From: an uncultured Puniceicoccaceae bacterium | Lineage (GTDB): Bacteria; Verrucomicrobiota; Verrucomicrobiia; Opitutales; Oceanipulchritudinaceae | Assembly: GCA_963933835.1 (NCBI GenBank) | Contig: CAWVVV010000001.1 | Location: 128,001-192,000 of the forward strand | Direction: 5' to 3' | DNA: 64,000 bases | Shown here: one piece after another, positions 19,505 through 29,240 of the stretch | Layout: every line of letters begins with the position of its first letter | How positions within the stretch are numbered: the stretch's first letter is position 1 | Position numbers and translations under genes: made by a program | Notes under the pieces: model-generated | The model's database searches: none | The model's input: the letters and a program-made list of their open reading frames with translations, nothing else | Told to the model about the DNA's origin: nothing

Positions 19505-20440
19505 CTACCGCCGAAGAATCAGAAGCAAAGGCCGTGTATCCGCTTTTGAATACCGACGCGGTGATTGATTATTATCGAGCACGACGTAAAAATACTCGGC
19601 ATCAACTGCGAGTCCCTCGGCCATGCCGTAAAGCGTATCGCGATAGCCCCAGCGATCATCAGCTAGGATTTCAGTAAAGCTCCAGCTCACGACGCCCTCG
19701 GTCCAGCCAGACTGAGTTCTTACGAGTGTTGTCACCATTTCTCCATTACGAAACAGGACGTAGAGTCTATCGTCATGAAAATCGGCTCCGGTGAAGTCGG
19801 GGATACGCGTCAAGGTCAGGTCACCGTAGAACCGCGTCTTCGGCATTTTTTCTGCACCGACGACAGTATTGTCTAACAGCTCGATCCATCCACGAGGTTG
19901 GCGCTCGGCGAGAAAGAAGAAATGGTCGTCGTCCAAGAGGGTCATGCCTTCGAGACCCCCATTGTGCACTTTGAAGAGGCCCGCATCCTCGCCTTCGGCC
20001 TGGACCGTCGGCGTCACCCACTCAGAGCGACCATCGCCAAATACCTGTAAGACACGCGCAAAGCTTTCGCTCAGCAGATAGAAGCTATCTCCTGGGCCTG
20101 AGATGATGCCTTCCAGATCCAAGAACGCGTCTGCGGCGCCCTCCGGCTTAGCGAATTGGATATGGGGCTCAAAAGTCGCACTCTCGCCGTCACGGACGAT
20201 TTTGAAGATCATATCGTCGGTATCATCGCTGACGCTGTAGAGTTCCCCTTCCTTTAAGCACAAGCCAGACGGCTCGATCGCGATAGCGCTTTCGATGGGC
20301 AAGATGGCCACAGGATCCAGTTCCACTACCGTGCCCTGCTCTCCTTGGATACCGTAACATCCAGCCAAGAGGCTCAACACACAGGCAGTGGAAATCAGAC
20401 GGTGGAGCTTAAGCTTCGATGACATTGCGTGAATCTTCAT
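19505..20440 (-). CDS. Putative lipoprotein, beta-propeller (SdiA-regulated/phytase-like)
   Basis: LAGC lipobox; repeated EPSGL, DLEGI, GLEGM, AEGLAV blade motifs; VVLDNN. Confidence 0.7.
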   Translation of the reverse strand: MKIHAMSSKLKLHRLISTACVLSLLAGCYGIQGEQGTVVELDPVAILPIESAIAIEPSGLCLKEGELYSVSDDTDDMIFKIVRDGESATFEPHIQFAKPEGAADAFLDLEGIISGPGDSFYLLSESFARVLQVFGDGRSEWVTPTVQAEGEDAGLFKVHNGGLEGMTLLDDDHFFFLAERQPRGWIELLDNTVVGAEKMPKTRFYGDLTLTRIPDFTGADFHDDRLYVLFRNGEMVTTLVRTQSGWTEGVVSWSFTEILADDRWGYRDTLYGMAEGLAVDAEYFYVVLDNNQSPRRYSKADTRPLLLILRR

Positions 20441-20474
20441 GTATATAGGTTTCCAACTTTCCGGCGGCTAAAAA

Positions 20475-21686
20475 TCAAAACGGCGGGCGCGTCGCACGAA
20501 CTTCTCTCCTTGGGAAGCAGATCCGCGACACGGCTGCCTCAAAGTCTTTTACTCCCGAGAGGATTTTAATTTCAACCCGTAGATAGTAGACATCACAGGC
20601 CGGCTTCCAGGCATCTGGCAGGCGCACGGCGTCCTTCTCAGTCGTCACGATCAAGTCGATTTCACTTTCGAGGGCCGTTGCTTCAAGCGTCTCCAGTTCA
20701 TCATTCGTGAAGCGGTGGTGGTCCATGTAGCTACGGCGATGGATAATCTCAGCTCCCAACTCCTCAACGAAGCGCTCGAAACTCTCCGGCACCGCGATCG
20801 CGCTGAAGGCAAGCACCCGTTTGCCCGCTAGAAAAGACAGCGGCTCTTCTTTCCCATCACTGACCCGGCTGAGAAATTGCGGGGCGTGGCGGCACTCGAT
20901 CAGATCCACATCGGGACGATAACGCCGAATCGTCGCCTCCAGTTCGGGATCCGGCTGCCCATCTGATTTCGTAAGGAAGACATAGCTCGCTCGTCGCATG
21001 TGGCTGATCGGCTCCCGCAGCAATCCGCGTGGAAGCGTCGCTCCATTTCCAAACGGGTTACTCTTATCAATGAGTAAGACCTGCAAATGATCCTGAAGCT
21101 TAAAATATTGAAAGCCATCATCGAGAATGAGCGTATCGCACCCATACTCGGTGATCGCGAAGTGGCCTGCTTTGACCCGATCACGATCGGTCAGAACGAC
21201 GACGCCAGGCAAATTCTTCGCGAGCATATAGGGTTCGTCGCCCGCAATCTCGGCGTTGAGAAGGACATTTTTCCCATCGCTCACTTCGCGGGGCTTTTCC
21301 GGCTCCTGGTGGGTGAGCCACCGCCACCACTTCCTAAAGGCGGGCTCCTTCTTGCTCTTATAACCTCGGCTCAAGATCGCGACACGACGCCCGCGATCAC
21401 GCAGACTGCGGGCAAGTTTTTCCACCACAGGGGTCTTGCCCGTCCCTCCAACGGTCAGATTTCCGACAACGATGACCATGCACCCGAGGTGAGAGGCGCG
21501 CATGATCCTTGCGCGGTAGAGGCGCTGCCGCAGCTTTACCACGACCCAGAAAATGCCTGAGAGCACCCTGAGAAAGGCTGCCAAGAGCCTCGCAACGCCG
21601 TCTCTACGCCGATCATAGATCACGTCGACGGCCAATTTCTCAAATAGCTCTGCCTTGCTCGGTTTCTTCGCGGCTGGGTTTTCCAT
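20475..21686 (-). CDS. lpxK: Tetraacyldisaccharide 4'-kinase
   Basis: [45 protein letters not shown]. Confidence 0.95.
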   Translation of the reverse strand: MENPAAKKPSKAELFEKLAVDVIYDRRRDGVARLLAAFLRVLSGIFWVVVKLRQRLYRARIMRASHLGCMVIVVGNLTVGGTGKTPVVEKLARSLRDRGRRVAILSRGYKSKKEPAFRKWWRWLTHQEPEKPREVSDGKNVLLNAEIAGDEPYMLAKNLPGVVVLTDRDRVKAGHFAITEYGCDTLILDDGFQYFKLQDHLQVLLIDKSNPFGNGATLPRGLLREPISHMRRASYVFLTKSDGQPDPELEATIRRYRPDVDLIECRHAPQFLSRVSDGKEEPLSFLAGKRVLAFSAIAVPESFERFVEELGAEIIHRRSYMDHHRFTNDELETLEATALESEIDLIVTTEKDAVRLPDAWKPACDVYYLRVEIKILSGVKDFEAAVSRICFPRREVRATRPPF

Positions 21687-21860
21687 TCAACTTATCCCCT
21701 GACTTCGCCTCGAATTGAAGAAATAAACAAGCCGTAAAGAACGACTTCGATGTGCAAAGCGAATTGCCCTTGGGCTTTGATAACTGCGAAGACTCAGAGA
21801 GAATTCTTGACTGAGGACCTGCACACCGCCTTAACCGCGACTTCCGCAAGCGTCTAAAAA

Positions 21861-22946
21861 ATGATCCAGTATAAACTCTTCATACCCGGCCCCGTTGACA
21901 TCTCGCCCGAGATTTACGCTGCCATGCAACGCCCTGTCATGGGACACCGCTCCCCTGATTTCGTGGCATTATATCAGTCCGTCCAACCGCGCCTTCAGGA
22001 ACTTTTCGGCACTAAAGACCCCGTCTTTCTTTCGACCTCGAGCGCTTGGGGAGTGATGGAGGGCGCACTGCGTAACCTCGTGCAGAAGAAAGTATTAAAC
22101 GTCTGCAGCGGCGCTTTTTCTGACAAGTGGTTCGATGTCGCTAAACGCTGCGGTTTTGAAGCTGAAGCACTGAAATACGAATGGGGCACACCCGTCGACC
22201 CCGCGGACATCCGAGCCAAGCTCGAGACCGGTGAGTTCGATGTTATCACCGTCATCCACAATGAAACTTCGACCGGAACAATGAATCCGATCGAAGACAT
22301 CATGGCTGTCCTGAAGGATTTCCCAGAGGTCTACAGCGTTGTCGATACCGTCAGCAGCTTCACCGCCCTCAAGATCGACAAAGACGCCCTTGGGATCGAT
22401 GTCATGCTCGCCGGCACTCAAAAAGCCCTCGCTCTGCCTCCGGGCTTAGCCGTCTTCAGTGTATCTGAGCGGGCATTGAAGCACGCCGAGAGCACAAAGG
22501 GACGCGGCTACTACTTTGACTTCGTAGAGTTCCAAAAGAACCACGAGAAGGGCATGACGCCGTCCACCCCTGCGATCCCTCACATCCACGCCCTCGATGC
22601 GCAGCTTGACCGTATCTTCGCCGAAGGCCTCGACGCTCGCTACGCTCGCCATTCTAAGCTCAACGGCCTCGTCCACGCATGGGTTGAAAAGCACGGTCTC
22701 GAGCTCTTGCCACCAAAAGCCTTCGCATCCAAGACCCTCAGCTGTGTGCGTAATTTCGATGAGAAGATCGACCTCAAGGCGCTCAACGCTGCTCTTAAGG
22801 AGCGCTTCGCCTGCGTCATCGACATCGGATACGGAAAGCTCAAAGGCAAAACCTTCCGTATCTCGAACATGGGCGATGAAACCGAAGGGACGATCAGCGG
22901 CTTGCTCGCAAATCTCGACACCCTGCTCGCTGAACAAGGTCTTTAG
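21861..22946 (+). CDS. Class V PLP aminotransferase (serine-pyruvate/alanine-glyoxylate family)
   Basis: FIPGPV, HNETSTG, VDTVSS, GTQKALALPPGL. Confidence 0.9.
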   Translation: MIQYKLFIPGPVDISPEIYAAMQRPVMGHRSPDFVALYQSVQPRLQELFGTKDPVFLSTSSAWGVMEGALRNLVQKKVLNVCSGAFSDKWFDVAKRCGFEAEALKYEWGTPVDPADIRAKLETGEFDVITVIHNETSTGTMNPIEDIMAVLKDFPEVYSVVDTVSSFTALKIDKDALGIDVMLAGTQKALALPPGLAVFSVSERALKHAESTKGRGYYFDFVEFQKNHEKGMTPSTPAIPHIHALDAQLDRIFAEGLDARYARHSKLNGLVHAWVEKHGLELLPPKAFASKTLSCVRNFDEKIDLKALNAALKERFACVIDIGYGKLKGKTFRISNMGDETEGTISGLLANLDTLLAEQGL

Positions 22947-23043
22947 TTTTAGAGTCTAAACACTCATACACCTTCCTGCAGCCCCTCACTAACCACAGCC
23001 AATACGCTTTTTAGCGAAGCCTTCTTCGCCTCCCCCATCTTAT

Positions 23044-25545
23044 ATGAAGTCCCTCATCATTACAGAGAAACCTAGCGTTGCCCAAGATGTCGCCAAAGCA
23101 CTCGGCGTCAAAAAATCTGAAGGCATTTTCGAGAATGACGACTACGTCATCGCTCCAGCCGCTGGGCACCTCGTCGAGCTCTTCATGCCTGAGGACATCG
23201 ACAAGAAGAAGTATGGCTTCTGGCAATTGAAGGAGCTCCCGATCATTCCGGACAAGTTCCAGCTCAAGCCAATCAGCGACAAGCGGGGCAAGGATCGGCT
23301 CGATCTTCTCAAGAAGCTTCTTAAGCGCAAAGACGTCGACCAAGTGATCAATGCTTGTGACGCCGGGCGCGAAGGTGAGTTGATTTTTACCTACATCTAC
23401 GAGCTCGCAAAATCGAAGAAACCTTACAAGCGCGTTTGGATGCAATCAATGACGAAGACTGCCATCCTCAAGGCATTCGATAACCTGCGTACTCCCGAGC
23501 AAATGCTGGGGCTTCAAGGCGCCGCACGCAGTCGCTCCGAGGCGGACTGGTTGATCGGCATCAATGGCACTCGTGCGATCACCAAGCGCATGTTTGGCCG
23601 TGCTAAGAATGTTGCTACCGTCGGCCGCGTTCAGACCCCAACACTTTCTATCGTGCTCCGCCGAGAGCTCGAAATCCGAGCCTACAACCCACGTCCTTTC
23701 TGGCGCATCGAAGGTTCCTTCGACATCACCGATGGCAGCTACGGTGCGGTTTACCACAAACCTGAAGTCAGCAAGAACAAGGCCGACGAAGATAAAGCAG
23801 AGCGCATCTGGGACGAAGCCACTGCGAACGAGGTCTTTAACGTCATCAACGGCGCCTCGACCGCCAGTGTCGAAGAAGTCCGCAAGCGCACGCGCAAGGG
23901 TTCCCCTCGCCTCTTCGACCTCACTTCGCTCCAGCGCGAAGCCAATGGCCGTTTTGGCTACTCCGCGAGTCGAACCCTCCAGCTCGCTCAGGCCCTCTAC
24001 GAAAAGCACAAGGTCCTCACTTATCCGCGGACTGATTCCCGTGCTCTCCCTGAGGACTATGTCAGCACGGTCAAAGACACCCTCGGCAGACTCCCCGGCG
24101 AACTGGGTCAAAAAGCAAAACCCATCCTAGACAACGGTTGGGTCAAACCAGACAAACGCATTTTCAACAACGCGCAGGTCAGCGATCACTTTGCGATCAT
24201 CCCCACCGGCGAAAGCTCGGACAAGCTTTCGCCCGAAGAGTCGAAAATCTACGACTTTGTCTGCCGCCGATTCCTCGGGATCTTCTATCCACCCGCTGAG
24301 TTCGACGAAACCCTCCGCACCTCGATCGTCGGTGAGCACAAGTTTATCAGCAAAGGCCTCGTCCTCGTTTCCGCTGGTTACCTCGACGTCCTCGGCAAGG
24401 CTCAGCTCGACCGCGAGCTCCCTGCCCTGACCGATCCAGACAAGGGCTCTGACGGCGGCTACGTCGCTACACCCACCCCTGAGACTTGGGAGGTTCACGC
24501 CGAAGAAACGAAGCCGCCTGCGCGCTACACTGAAGCAACGCTCCTCTCTGCGATGGAAGGTGCTGGTAAACTCGTCGAAGACGAAGACATGGCCGAAGCG
24601 ATGAAGGAGAAGGGCCTCGGCACTCCAGCCACCCGCGCTTCGACGATTGAACACCTTATCCGCGAGAAGTACCTCGAGCGTGATCAGCGTAATCTGCTCA
24701 CAACGATCAAGGCAGAAAACCTCTTTGAATTCCTCAGCGCAGTAAAAGCTGAAGCACTCACCCAGCCCGACCTCACGGGCGAATGGGAACACAAGCTCCT
24801 CCTCATGGAGCAAGGGAAGCTCTCCCGCGAAGAGTTCATGAAGGGCATCCTCAAGCTCACCGAAGACATCGTCGAAAAGACGAAGACCTTCGAGGAAGAC
24901 GAAGGCAATTGCCCTGAGACGAGCATCGTTTCGCCAACCGATAACGAGCGCATGATTGAGACTCTCCGGACCTTCAAATCGAAGGACGGCGAGCTAAGGA
25001 TCTACAAGACAATCGGCAATCGTCGGATGAAAGAGGACGAAGTCCAGACCCTCATCAAAGAGCGCGCCCTCGGCCCTCTCGACGACTTCCGCTCGAAAGC
25101 TGGCAAGCCCTTCTCTGCTATTCTCCGCCTCGATGCGATGAACAAGGTCACCTTTGACTTCGGAAATCCGGAAGATGGCGATGGCGAGCCACTCAATCTC
25201 GAAGAGCTGACCGTCGTAGGCACTTTCCAAGAGTCGGGATCTAAGGTCTACGCTGCCCCATCGGCCTATGTCTGCGAACGCACGGCCGCTGGCGAGAGGA
25301 CGGATAACTTCCGCCTCAGCCGCACAATGTTGAGCAAAACACTTCCTGAAGAAGAAGTCACAAAGCTCCTCGCCGACGGGAAAACAGACCTGATCAAAGG
25401 CTTTAAGTCGAAGCGCACTGGACGCCTCTTCGACGCCTTTCTTATCCTGAAAAAGGGCGGCAAGATCGGTTTCGAGTTTCCACCTCGCCCAGCGAAGAAA
25501 GCAGCCAAAAAAGCAGCCAAAAAGGCCGCAAAGAAGGACGAATAA
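23044..25545 (+). CDS. topB: Type IA DNA topoisomerase (topoisomerase III-like) with C-terminal repeat domains and Lys/Ala tail
   Basis: ITEKPSVA, ACDAGREGELIF, DWLIGINGTRA, VGRVQTPTL, LTYPRTDS (catalytic Tyr), GLGTPATRA. Confidence 0.9.
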   Translation: MKSLIITEKPSVAQDVAKALGVKKSEGIFENDDYVIAPAAGHLVELFMPEDIDKKKYGFWQLKELPIIPDKFQLKPISDKRGKDRLDLLKKLLKRKDVDQVINACDAGREGELIFTYIYELAKSKKPYKRVWMQSMTKTAILKAFDNLRTPEQMLGLQGAARSRSEADWLIGINGTRAITKRMFGRAKNVATVGRVQTPTLSIVLRRELEIRAYNPRPFWRIEGSFDITDGSYGAVYHKPEVSKNKADEDKAERIWDEATANEVFNVINGASTASVEEVRKRTRKGSPRLFDLTSLQREANGRFGYSASRTLQLAQALYEKHKVLTYPRTDSRALPEDYVSTVKDTLGRLPGELGQKAKPILDNGWVKPDKRIFNNAQVSDHFAIIPTGESSDKLSPEESKIYDFVCRRFLGIFYPPAEFDETLRTSIVGEHKFISKGLVLVSAGYLDVLGKAQLDRELPALTDPDKGSDGGYVATPTPETWEVHAEETKPPARYTEATLLSAMEGAGKLVEDEDMAEAMKEKGLGTPATRASTIEHLIREKYLERDQRNLLTTIKAENLFEFLSAVKAEALTQPDLTGEWEHKLLLMEQGKLSREEFMKGILKLTEDIVEKTKTFEEDEGNCPETSIVSPTDNERMIETLRTFKSKDGELRIYKTIGNRRMKEDEVQTLIKERALGPLDDFRSKAGKPFSAILRLDAMNKVTFDFGNPEDGDGEPLNLEELTVVGTFQESGSKVYAAPSAYVCERTAAGERTDNFRLSRTMLSKTLPEEEVTKLLADGKTDLIKGFKSKRTGRLFDAFLILKKGGKIGFEFPPRPAKKAAKKAAKKAAKKDE

Positions 25546-25629
25546 TTTGAGCGGGGTTGAGAAATCACTTTTGAGCCTTGCCTTCACGCAAACGCTTTAT
25601 TTTCTCCTCCCCCTTCTTCGGAAATTTTT

Positions 25630-25706
25630 GGGTTCTTAGCTCAGCTGGTTAGAGCAGGAGACTTTTAATCTCTTGGTCCTGGGTTCGAGTCCCAGAGGAC
25701 CTACCA
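25630..25706 (+). tRNA. tRNA-Lys (TTT)
   Basis: Cloverleaf GGGTTCT...AGGACCT-A-CCA, anticodon loop CTTTTAA, TTCGAGT T-loop. Confidence 0.95.
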
Positions 25707-25783
25707 AATTTAATCTGTATCCGAAGAAGCATGCCTCCGGGATATCCTTGGCACATCGCTGCCCCAAGGCGGCGTCATGAACC

Positions 25784-26476
25784 TCAGCTGTCCTGCTGCT
25801 GTGACCACAGATCGCCCCAGCCGACTTCGGCAGGCTCGATAAGGATTGGATCATTGTTACGGACGTTGCCTACCGCAGAGCTCACTCGGTGAAAGGCCAC
25901 TGCATCCAATCGAGGCTTGGCGAGCACGTCGTCAGCATCCGCTTTACTACCGTTAAGCCATGCCTCCGCCGCCTCCGGCTCCAACATGAAGGGCATGCGG
26001 TGGTGCAGCTCTTTAAGTGGCCCTTGAGATTCGCCCGTCAGAATGGTGCAGCTAAACACTTCAGTCCCGCCCTTCTCCCAGCGTTCCCATAGGCCCGCAA
26101 AGGCCATCAGCTCGTTGTCACTTCGGTGAATGAAATACGGCTGACGCATCCCACCGTCGTCCCGCCACTCGTAGTAACCGAGTGCAGGAAGGAGGCAGCG
26201 CTGACCTTTGCGCCATGGATCGCGAAAGCTGCTTTTTTCAGCGACCGATTCTACCCGGGCGTTGAAAGTCGGATAGGTCATTTTTGCTTCGGGTGCCCAG
26301 TGAGGAATCAGGCCCCAGTGCATCGCAGCCTGCCCCTCAGCCAACCAAACGGGGACATTCGTCGTCGGGGCGACATTGTAGCGCAGGTCGAAACCAGCCT
26401 TCACGAGATCATCGATCCGATCCTCCCAACGCCCAGCTTTCACCTTGATGCCCTCCGTCACATAGCGCCCGCACAT
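25784..26476 (-). CDS. SOS response-associated peptidase (SRAP/YedK/HMCES, abasic-site protection)
   Basis: N-terminal MCGRY, YNVAPT, WGLIP, NARVES, GYYEW, HHRMP. Confidence 0.93.
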   Translation of the reverse strand: MCGRYVTEGIKVKAGRWEDRIDDLVKAGFDLRYNVAPTTNVPVWLAEGQAAMHWGLIPHWAPEAKMTYPTFNARVESVAEKSSFRDPWRKGQRCLLPALGYYEWRDDGGMRQPYFIHRSDNELMAFAGLWERWEKGGTEVFSCTILTGESQGPLKELHHRMPFMLEPEAAEAWLNGSKADADDVLAKPRLDAVAFHRVSSAVGNVRNNDPILIEPAEVGWGDLWSQQQDS

Positions 26477-26628
26477 CCTCTTTCGATGATTGAAGGAAGG
26501 AATGAAGACAAGCGCTTGTTGAGAAGCTCTGCGTTGCCCCTACTGCGGGCGAATTCAAAGGCGAGTCGCCTCGAGCATGTTAGAAATACACTTGAAGCCA
26601 GCGTGTGCTTATTCTAATCAACGACAGC

Positions 26629-27603
26629 ATGGCTGACGTATTTGTAAGTGAATCCTCCTACGCGAAAGGGAAACTGGTCTACGATGCGGAGAATGCAAAA
26701 TCGGGGGAGCTACGCTTCGTCGCCGTTCCAGACGCTGATGAGGAGGCACTGGGGCAGCGGATTCGAGAGGAAGGCGTGCAGGCGTTCATTGCGAGACCGG
26801 TCGTTTTTTCAGGGCCCTTGTATGAAGCGCTCGGAGACGGTGGGATCATCGTGCGCTTCGGGGTCGGTCACGACGGGATCGACAAGGCGAAGGCCAAGGC
26901 CTGCGGCGTTAAGGTCGCAAACACGCCGGGCTGCCTCGAGAACGCGGTCGCGGAACAAGGGTTGTGGTTGATGGGATGCCTTGCTCGGGGGCTTGCACAG
27001 CTGATGAGTTCCACCGCGAAGGGTGAGTGGAAACCGAGCAGAGGGTTCGAACTGCGCGGGCGCACGCTAGCGATAGTGGGCTTCGGGAGGATCGGTCGAC
27101 GATTGGGAGAGATTGCAAATAACGGCTTTGGAATGGAAGTGATCGGTGTAGGGCAAAGGCCAGCCAGCGAGGTGGAAAAGTGCTCATTTGCGCGTTACAC
27201 GAATGACCTCGAGGGAGCGCTCGCGGAAGCGGATTTTGTAGCGGTGTGCGCGGCGGCGACGGACGCTACGCGACACCTCGTAGACGCGACGTTTCTCGAA
27301 GCGATGCGGACGAGCGCGTATCTCGTCAACCTGGCGCGGGGAACACTCGTGGATGAGGCAGCGTTGTTCGACGCTCTCGAACAAGGCGGTATCGCGGGAG
27401 CGGGGCTCGATGTTTTCATGGAAGAACCCTACGCGCCAGTCGATCCAGCGCGGGACCTGCGGACGCTGTCGAACGCGATCATGACACCGCACACGGCGAG
27501 TTACACAGTGGAGGCAAACGAGGCCATGGCACAGATGACAGTGGAGACAGTGCGAACAGCCCTCCTTGGTGATGCGAACGACCTGAACAATCTCGTGTGC
27601 TAG
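26629..27603 (+). CDS. D-2-hydroxyacid dehydrogenase (phosphoglycerate dehydrogenase-like)
   Basis: RFGVGHDGID, VANTPG, VGFGRIG, NLARGTLVDE, GAGLDVFMEEP, TPH. Confidence 0.9.
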   Translation: MADVFVSESSYAKGKLVYDAENAKSGELRFVAVPDADEEALGQRIREEGVQAFIARPVVFSGPLYEALGDGGIIVRFGVGHDGIDKAKAKACGVKVANTPGCLENAVAEQGLWLMGCLARGLAQLMSSTAKGEWKPSRGFELRGRTLAIVGFGRIGRRLGEIANNGFGMEVIGVGQRPASEVEKCSFARYTNDLEGALAEADFVAVCAAATDATRHLVDATFLEAMRTSAYLVNLARGTLVDEAALFDALEQGGIAGAGLDVFMEEPYAPVDPARDLRTLSNAIMTPHTASYTVEANEAMAQMTVETVRTALLGDANDLNNLVC

Positions 27604-27702
27604 TCCTCCAGTCTACTGAAGCGCCCCGCTCAGCGAACGCCAGCGGGTGAGGCTTTATCCAAAACACTTGCCGCACGATGCATTCGGAGGTCGCCACTAT
27701 CA

Positions 27703-28038
27703 ATGAACCGGTCACCTTCTGCCGATCTCTTACGCGATGAGAAAGGTCTTTTCCGCGACCTTCGCACCCCGAGTTTGGCCATATCGCTCCGCCTAGTTCT
27801 TCTTCCGATTCTATTTCTGCTCCTTGCCCGGTTTCTTCCCTGGGCAAGTGACGAACTGCGCATTGTCATCGTCCTGCAGGCAGCGATGCCAAGTGCGATT
27901 CTGCCCCTTGTCATTAATCGTCACTACGGTGGGCACAACCCAACCGCGGTCCTGGCCGTTCTCAGTACGACACTCTTGGGACTCCTGACTATCCCCTGGT
28001 GGATCAGTTTCGGCTTCAACTGGATCCTTCCATCCTAG
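27703..28038 (+). pseudogene. C-terminal fragment of an AEC (auxin efflux carrier-like) transporter
   Basis: LRLVLLP...VIVLQAAMPSA...STTLLGLLTIPWW matches the last helices of AEC permeases; the N-terminal two thirds are absent. Confidence 0.7.
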
Positions 28039-28118
28039 AGCAATCTGCTTCAATCTTCTCGCGGAATGCTCTAGAGCTCTGGCTTGCGTTTCACGCCCCG
28101 ATCGTTGCTTTCTTCAAT

Positions 28119-28745
28119 ATGCCCTCATTCGAAGCACTCCGACGCCTCAAAGCTGGCAACCTTCGTTTCGCTAAACAAGAGCCAAGCTGCCCGCCGCCAG
28201 ATAGGGCGGAACTCCTACGCCTCGCCGACGAGGGGCAATCCCCGTGGGCCATCGTCCTTGGCTGCTCCGACTCTCGCGTGCCGGTGGAATACATCTTCGA
28301 CCAAAGCCCGGGATCACTTTTCGTCGTCCGCGTCGCTGGTCACGTCGTCACTGAAACCACGATCGAGAGTGTCGAATTTGCCGTAAAGAATTTCGGAACA
28401 CCTCTCGTGGTTGTCTTGGGGCATGCTCAATGCGGGGCGGTTGGAGCTACCTTAGAACGCGGTATGGATGCAAATAAACCCTCTCAGATTCTCGATGCTA
28501 TCAGCTGCAATCTAGAACCCGCCCACTTTACCGCTTACAAAAGCGATCCGGAAGCCGCCTGCGCCAATGCGATCAAGACGCACGTGCGGGCCACGACATT
28601 ACGCCTCCTCGAACAGTCGCCAGAGATGTCTGATCGGGTCGCAGGCGGGCGACTGACCGTGGCCGGCGCCGAATACGACCTCGCAACGGGCAAAGTCCAC
28701 TTCCATCCCGAACTTCTATACAACGGGCCGGAAGGCGAATGCTAG
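28119..28745 (+). CDS. Beta-class carbonic anhydrase
   Basis: LKAGNLRF, GCSDSRVP, VVRVAGH, LGHAQCGAV, YDLATGKV. Confidence 0.92.
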   Translation: MPSFEALRRLKAGNLRFAKQEPSCPPPDRAELLRLADEGQSPWAIVLGCSDSRVPVEYIFDQSPGSLFVVRVAGHVVTETTIESVEFAVKNFGTPLVVVLGHAQCGAVGATLERGMDANKPSQILDAISCNLEPAHFTAYKSDPEAACANAIKTHVRATTLRLLEQSPEMSDRVAGGRLTVAGAEYDLATGKVHFHPELLYNGPEGEC

Positions 28746-28859
28746 ATCGAAGTCAGCATTGATCTTGGCTCCGCCCAGCCGCAAAGAGAAGCGGCTAAAA
28801 CGCTTGCTATTCATTAGGCCAGAATCAGATTGGACGGCTTTTCGAGTTTCCCAACCAGT

Positions 28860-29183
28860 ATGAGCCTACAGACCAGCATTCCAACCGTTCTCGCCCAAGC
28901 CGAAGGTGGCGGGTCGAACTTCTCTCCGTTCCTAATGATCGGCCTCTTCATGGCCGCGATGTATTTCTTCATGATCGCGCCTCAGCGCAAGAAAGAGAAG
29001 ACACACAAAGCGATGCTCGCCGCCCTAAAAAATGGCGACAAGGTCCTCACTGTCGGCGGAATTTACGGCACAGTAACGGCAATTAAAGATGACCGCGTTC
29101 ACATCAAGGTCGATGAAGCGACTCGCCTTGAGATACTCCGCTCATCGATTCAGGGCCTCCAGCAAACCGACGAGCTCAAGTAG
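28860..29183 (+). CDS. yajC: Preprotein translocase subunit YajC
   Basis: YFFMIAPQRK, LKNGDKVLTVGGIYG; immediately upstream of secDF. Confidence 0.93.
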   Translation: MSLQTSIPTVLAQAEGGGSNFSPFLMIGLFMAAMYFFMIAPQRKKEKTHKAMLAALKNGDKVLTVGGIYGTVTAIKDDRVHIKVDEATRLEILRSSIQGLQQTDELK

Positions 29184-29240
29184 TCTCGCGCGTCCCAACA
29201 CCACCCACTTTTTAGCCAAACCTCCGGCACAAGACATTTC

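Noticed and set aside
26477..26628. LexA box upstream of the SRAP gene
   Set aside because: No TGTTC-N4-GAACA, CTGT-N8-ACAG or GAAC-N4-GTTC match seen.
25707..28038. Prophage or intact integrative element at tRNA-Lys
   Set aside because: No integrase, phage genes or duplicated tRNA 3' end found.
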